A stretch of 64,000 bases of DNA from Octopus vulgaris (Eukaryota), in NCBI GenBank assembly GCA_951406725.2, contig OX597831.1, forward strand, positions 76,818,001 to 76,882,000, in the 5' to 3' direction. The notes below the pieces were generated by a model, which saw nothing but the letters and a program-made list of their open reading frames with translations, was not told the DNA's origin and made no database searches. How positions within the stretch are numbered: the first letter of the stretch is position 1; every line of letters begins with the position of its first letter. Of the stretch, positions 44,915-64,000 are shown piece after piece. The position numbers and the translations under genes are program-made.

Positions 44915-46809
44915 CTCCTCAGACACCATTTAATCAATTCATGTATTTTCGCCAAGGCCGTGTAGTTTTTGTACTTTTGTTCTGTTATAAGAAATGATAC
45001 TTTTAAATAGATATGAACTGGTTGAACCACATATAATTGCAGCATTTAAGAAATATGTCATTCTGCAGATGCATTAAAATTGTCGATATCTTTTGTTTGT
45101 GGCAACCGTTTTGCCGTAGAAAGCTCTGAGAAGCTTTCTTTACTGTATTTGCTTTGACTAACGACAATGAAGTCTCAATTCATACGACAACAAAACACAG
45201 CAACACAGAAAAATAGCCAGGCGTCGTTTAATAGAACAACACTATAGATGCAAATTCTTCGACTGCGTAGTACCTGGAACAGATGGAGTATATCAGAGAA
45301 AAAAAACAGAAATAGAATCATACAAAAGGACACTACACTAAGTGCTCTGATAAACCCGACAGGATTTTAAAGCGGTCGGTCAACGCTGTGTGTTACTAGA
45401 TGTTTATCTGGTAGGATCTGATGTCATGTCGATGTCTTGACACGTCTGTGCTGCAACAGACAAACATCTATTGAAAAATAAATCAGAGTCGTACAGAGAT
45501 TTCCTGTGAAGGTTATCCGATAACGTGTTTTTTTTTCTTTTTTTTTTCTGAAATAGATCATCCTATAGAAGCCCTGTAAGAAGGTCTGAAAATCCTCTGA
45601 ATTCAGATTGCCAGGTTGTCCCAAATGTAAATGAAATGAACGTTTGTACTTTCTGTATTTTACATCTACAAGGCGACACTAAGAAAGAGGCGAGATGCAA
45701 GGTTACTCGCATAATATCCATAGGTCACCTAATATAGATATGAGACAGCCATCAGCGAAACCATGGTTTCTTTAACACCCGTAATCGCCCTCATTGCAAA
45801 CGACTTCGAGACATGTGCCTTTCACTCAACGCGCTTAGAGTGGGGGTCAAAGCGTTGTCTTGCAAAGTTCTGCATCTCGAGGTAATCATTGTCTTTCTGG
45901 GCCTGGATGGCATGTCGTTTGTCCAGGGCGCAAACGCTGACGAAATTGATGTCATTTGGCTAGTGACAGTTTGTTCCTGGACTGCTCGGGACACCCAGAC
46001 ATTTTAGGTATTTAGAAGTATCTTTGGAAAGATCCTGTCCATTAGTATTAGGGGATCAATTGGAATGGCATTTTACACGCACCATGGGATTCGGTGGCAT
46101 TAATCGATATATATGTAAGGTATAAAAGTCTCGCAAACTCGCATAGGCTGTTTCAACTGTCTAGCAGATATCGACGAGATTTCTCTAATATGTCTATTTG
46201 GAGTGTAATAAATTGCATCAAATGGGCTGCACCAACGGATAAGGATAACGTAGGGTGTCTAGAATTTTGAGCTGTTGACAGTAAAAAACTACAATTTTTT
46301 ATAATCTGCATGGGCAAATTAATAAGACATATTCAAGAACTCAGTTACATCGAAGCTGAATGCGTCGCTTCCCGCATGGAGACTTCACAGAAACCAAATT
46401 AGTCAGAGGGAGTTAACGTTGAATCTAAAAGATCTACTGATGAAGCAGGAACAGAAAACAATAGATTAACAGGAAAGCTAAGTAGCAGATTAGACAAAGG
46501 GGTTAAGAAAGTAATCGCAGTCCTTGTTCTAAAATGGTACCCGACCATTTATTCTCTATGAAACACGAAGTTTGCTTTGTCCGAGCTGAGACCCGAACTT
46601 TAGGTACGAAAGCGCAAAACACTCTTTGAAGAGATTTGGGTTGAGAAAGGAACTACGTAGAAACAAACCATAATTCTGTCTTTGAAGGAACATGAGTTGC
46701 ATTTTTATTCGATTACAGTAGATGAATAAGATTTTTTAATGGCTGTACTGTATTCGACTGTATGGATAAAAGGGTTGTTGTTTGTATCGAAGGTATGGTG
46801 AAAACTAAC

Positions 46810-47320
46810 CTGAATAAATGGTGGTATGCAAAAGTACCACAGCGGCAACCGAGATATCCTTTTATGATGGCCTCAAGAAAGTGTATAGTCCTCAAGAGGA
46901 CGGTGTTACACCTATATTTTCATCGACGCTGTTGACTGACAAATCTGACATCCTGAAACGATGGAAAGATCACTTTGAACCCGTATTGAATTCCACCTGA
47001 ATCACTAATGATGGCGTCATAATGTCTATTTCACAGCACACTAAACTGTCTCTGGAGCCAACGTTTCTGGAAGTGGTAAACTCTCTGTTAAACAGATCTC
47101 TTCTGGTAAAGCACCAGGCAGGGACACTGTCCCTCCTGAAATCTATAAGTATGGTCGAGAGAACCATTTTAAAAATCTGCGCGACCTCTTCATAAACATT
47201 TGGATGGTGAGCCATGTAGCACAGACTTCAAGGATGCCTCAATTCAACCTCTTTATAAGAACAAAGGAAACAGAAGTGTCTGTAATAACCATCGTGGAAT
47301 ATCGCTTCTGTTTATTGCAG
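46810..47320 (+). mobile_element. RTE LINE fragment truncated at the duplication junction
   Basis: FYDGLKKVYSP..LLTDKSDILKRWKDHF..LN; KAPG.D; ends at CNNHRGISLL. Confidence 0.8.
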
Positions 47321-47966
47321 AGTCATGTTTTGGCATTGTAACATATGGGTTTCTAGTCTGAATTTGGGGTAAGCTGGAGGGCACCTCCGCATATGTTCTT
47401 GGATAACTAGAGGTTCGATCCCTTTATCTGGTTCCTCTGGGGCTGGTGTCTATGATTTTGATTTCGCTGTATTGTTTGTTGTGGTTTCATTTTCATAATG
47501 GATTTTTCTCCATAGTTTTTTTTTCAGAGTTAATGAACAACCCTTGTTGTTTTCCCCACAATTTCATGGATCTTTCTTCTTCCCGCTTAGTGTCTTCTTT
47601 CCATAGTTGTTGTAATTTTGTCACTTCGGTCGGCGATTCCAACAAACGTAACTCCATCAGTTCTTTTGACTTTCTCTTCGCGTTGTATTTTTCGTGAATG
47701 GAGGAAAGAAAACTTCCGCTTCCATTCGGCATAAAACTATATTTGTACGATATTGGCGTTACGGAAAAAAAAACCATTGAGCAACTATTGGAAAACCGAT
47801 TATTGCAGTGACTCGATCAATTCCTAGCAATATTTGAAGAAGGAAATTTTATATTCCGAAATATTATATCAGATTATGGATGATTAAATTATAACAGTTA
47901 TTATAGTCTACTGTGCATTGCTGTGTCATTCAAGAAAGTCAGATACTTTTTCACTACAACCCGTGT

Positions 47967-48027
<61 letters not shown>

Positions 48028-48127
48028 CATGGTGAGAATTTACAGAAAAAAAAGCCGAAAAGGACGAATGCGGGAGTGTAAACAACAAATAGATATATTA
48101 GTTTAACGCTCGATAAGTGAGAAAAGT

Positions 48128-48163
48128 CTTTTACGTTTCGAGCCTACGCTCTTCATCAGAAAG
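48128..48163 (-). ncRNA. Intact minimal hammerhead motif ~530 nt downstream of the gene C stop, sense strand
   Basis: CTTT CTGATGA A GAGC GTAG GCTC GAAA CG TA AAAG. Confidence 0.7.
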
Positions 48164-48217
48164 GGACACAGAAATAAACAGGGAGAGGAAATAGGAAAAG
48201 GTTTAGTGGCTAGCGAT

Positions 48218-48281
<64 letters not shown>

Positions 48282-48693
48282 ACTTTGGAAGTGGTTTCAA
48301 TGACAAATAAAAAGGTATTCAATAGATAAATTGACAGTAGTTTAACTTTACGCTTGGCCCACGACTGCCGGTGCTTGTAATCGTCAGATGGTAGAATTAT
48401 TGTCCTATCTAAATGGACGTTTAGTGCATGTAACCACCGAATACGAACGCTGTTTAATAATCATTATTATATATATGACTAAAGATTTTTGACCATTGTC
48501 TATTTGGACATTTTATTCGCATACATGAGACATTTATTGACATTTCGTATGACTTAAGAAAAAAAATACAAGACGGAATAGGTTTAGCATCGAAATTATT
48601 AGTTTCGAGAAATGGAGAGCGTTTATTTAAATGACGTTTCGAATTACAGTCCTTCTTTGGAATAGGGTGATGCCCAGAAATATCACTGAGCAA

Positions 48694-61321
<12,628 letters not shown>

Positions 61322-61369
61322 CCTGGCTTCTAGAGGAAAACTGATCTGAAGCCATCTGTTGGTGGCTCC

Positions 61370-61377
61370 TTTTAATA
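61370..61377 (-). promoter_or_regulatory. TATA-like box TATTAAAA of gene C
   Basis: As for genes A and B. Confidence 0.55.
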
Positions 61378-63187
61378 CTCCTCAGACACCATTTAATCAA
61401 TTCATGTATTTTCGCCAAGGCCGTTTAGTTTTTGTACTTTTGTTCTGTTATAAGAAATGATACTTTTAAATAGAGATGAACTGGTTGAACCACATATAAT
61501 TGCAGCATTTAAGAAATATGTCATTCTGCAGATGCATTAAAATTATCGATATCTTTTGTGTGTGGCAACCGTTTTGCCGTAGAAAGCTCTGAGAAGCTTT
61601 CTTTACTGTATTTGCTTTGACTAACGACAATGAAGTCTCAATTCATACGACAACAAAACACAGCAACACAGAAAAATTGCCAGGCGTCGTTTAATAGAAC
61701 AACACTATAGATGCAAATTCTTCAACTGCGTAGCACCTGGAACAGATGGAGTATATCAGAAGAAAAAAACAGAAATAGAATCATACAAAAGGACACTACA
61801 CTAAGTGCTCTGATAAACCCGACAGGATTTTAAAGCGGTCGGTCAACGCTGTGTGTTACTAGATGTTTATCTGGTAGGATCTGATGTCATGTCGATGTCT
61901 TGACACGTCTGTGCTGCAACAGACAAACATCTATTGAAAAATAAATCAGAGTCGTACAGAGATTTCCTGAGAAGGTTATCCGATAACGTGTGTTTTTTTT
62001 TTCTTTTTTTTTCTGAAATAGATCATCCTATACAAGCCCGTAAGAAGGTTTGAAAATCCTCTGAATTCAGATTGCTAGGTTGTCCCAAATGTAAATGAAA
62101 TGAAAGTTTGTACTTTCTGTATTTTACATCTACAAGGCGACACTAAGAAAGAGGCGAGATGCAAGGTTACTCGCCTAATATCCATTGGTCACCTGATATA
62201 GATATGAGACAGCTATCAGCGAAACCATGGTTTCTTTAACACCCGTAATCGCCCTTTTTGCAAACGACTTCGAGACATGTGCCTTTCACTCAACGCGCTT
62301 AGGGTGGGGGTCAAAGCGTTATCTTGCAAAGTTCTGCATCTCGAGGTAATCATGGTCTTTCTGGGCCTGGATGGCATGTCGTTTGTCCAGGGCGCAAGCA
62401 CAAACGAAATTGGTGTCTTTTGGCTAGTGACAGTTTGTTACTTGACTGGTCGGGACACGCAGACTTTTTAGGTATTTAGAAGTATCTTTGGAAAGATCCT
62501 GTCCATTAGTATTAGGGGGTCAACTGGAATGGCATTTTACACGCACCATGGGATTCGGTGACATTAATCGTTATAAATGTAAAGTGTAAAAGTCTCGCAA
62601 GCTCGCATAGGCTGTTTCAACGAGATTTCTCTAATATGTCTATTTGGAGTGTAATAAATTGCATCAAATGGGCTGCACCAACGGATAAGGATAACGTAGG
62701 GTGTCTAGAATTTTGAGCTGTTGACGGTAAAAAACTACAATTTTTTATAATCTGCATGGGCAATTTAATAAGACATATTCAAGAACTCAGTTACATCGAA
62801 GCTGAATGCGTCGCTTCCCGCATGGAGAGTTCACAGAAACCAAATTAGTCAGAGGGAGTTAACGTAGAATCTAAAAGATCTACTGATGAAGCAGGAACAG
62901 AAAACAATAGATTAACAGGAAAGCTAATTAGCAGATTAGACAAAGAGGTTAAGAAAGTAATCGCAGTCCTTGTTCTAATATGGTACCCGACCATTTATTC
63001 TCTATGAAGAGATTTGGGTTGAGAAAGGAACTACGTGGAAACAAACCATAATTCTGTATTTGAAGGAACATGAGTTGCATTTTTATTCGATTACAGGAGA
63101 TGAATAAGATTTTTTTATGGCTGTACTGTATTCGACTGTATGGATAAAATGGTTGTTGTTTGTATCAAAGGTATGGTGAAAACTAAC

Positions 63188-63707
63188 CTGAATAAATGGT
63201 GGTATGCAAAAGTACCACAGCGGCAACCGAGATATCCTTTTATGATGGCCTCAAGAAAGTGTATAGTCCTCAAGGGGACGGTGTTACACCTATATTTTCA
63301 TCGACGCTGTTGACTGACAAAACTGACATCCTGAAACGATGGAGAGATCACTTTGAACCCGTATTGAATTCCACCTGAATCACTAATGATGGCGCCATAA
63401 TGCCTATTCCACAGCACACAAAAGTACAGGAACTGTCTGTGGAGCCAACGTTTCTGGAAGTGGTAAACACTTTATTAAACAGATCTCTTCTGGTAAAGCA
63501 CCAGTCAGGGAAACTGTCCCTCCTGAAATCTATAAGCATGGTGGAGTGAACCATTTTAAAAATCTGCACGACCTCTTCATAAACATTTGGGTGGTAGGCC
63601 ATGTAGGACAGACTGCAAGGATGCCTCAATTCAACCTCTTTATAAGAACAAAGGAAACAGAAGTGTCTGTAATAACCATCGTGGAATATCGCTTCTGTTT
63701 ATTGCAG
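63188..63707 (+). mobile_element. RTE LINE fragment (duplicate of 46810-47320)
   Basis: Near-identical sequence and the same truncation point. Confidence 0.8.
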
Positions 63708-64000
63708 AGTCATGTTTTGGCATTGTAACATATGGGTTTTTAGTCTGAATTTGGGGTAAGCTGGAGGTCATCTCCGCATATGTTCTTGGATAACTAGAGG
63801 TTCGATCCCTTAATCTGGTTCCTCTGGGGCTGGTGTCTATGATTTTGATTTCGCTGTATTGTTTGTTGTGGTTTCATTTTCATAATGGATTTTTCTCCAT
63901 AGTTTCTTTTTCAGAGTTAATGAACCACTCTTGTTGTTTTCCCCACATTTTCATGGATCTTTCTTCTTTCCGCTTGGTGTCTTCTTTCCATAGGTGTTGT
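63696..64000. repeat. Start of tandem duplication unit 3
   Basis: Matches the sequence from 31640 and from 47309 onward. Confidence 0.9.

Noticed and set aside
45791-46007. Overlapping ORFs conserved in both units (also 62216-62471)
   Set aside because: Conservation is explained by the recent duplication; no recognisable domain or splice context.
47493-47777. Charged 94-aa ORF on the minus strand
   Set aside because: Disrupted by a deletion in the unit-1 copy; probably a retroelement remnant that I cannot classify.

Overview
Eukaryotic, very AT-rich, microsatellite-saturated DNA. The SINE repertoire and the (TA)n/(TATC)n/(TAA)n load point to an octopus (coleoid cephalopod) genome, which is an inference. 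Almost all ORF-track entries are microsatellite artefacts. Three real layers lie underneath. (1) A minus-strand tandem family of 5-exon genes encodes a ~279-aa secreted protein of unknown function. Divergent copy A has exons 1-3 in the window, copy B carries a premature TAA, and copy C is intact. B and C sit in a ~16-kb head-to-tail duplication whose third unit starts at ~63696. From memory the protein resembles an uncharacterised, mostly fungal/microbial family and may have a Cyt-toxin-like fold (hypothesis). (2) A dense set of type I hammerhead ribozyme motifs, mostly with palindromic stem III, sits inside inverted repeats and Penelope-like elements; several are sense to the genes. (3) Transposon debris: Penelope, R4/Dong-like, Tx1-like, CR1-like and RTE retroelements, tRNA-SINEs, mariner, hAT MITE, piggyBac and Helitron, many inserted into specific microsatellites. 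All coordinates were read by eye; TE boundaries are approximate.
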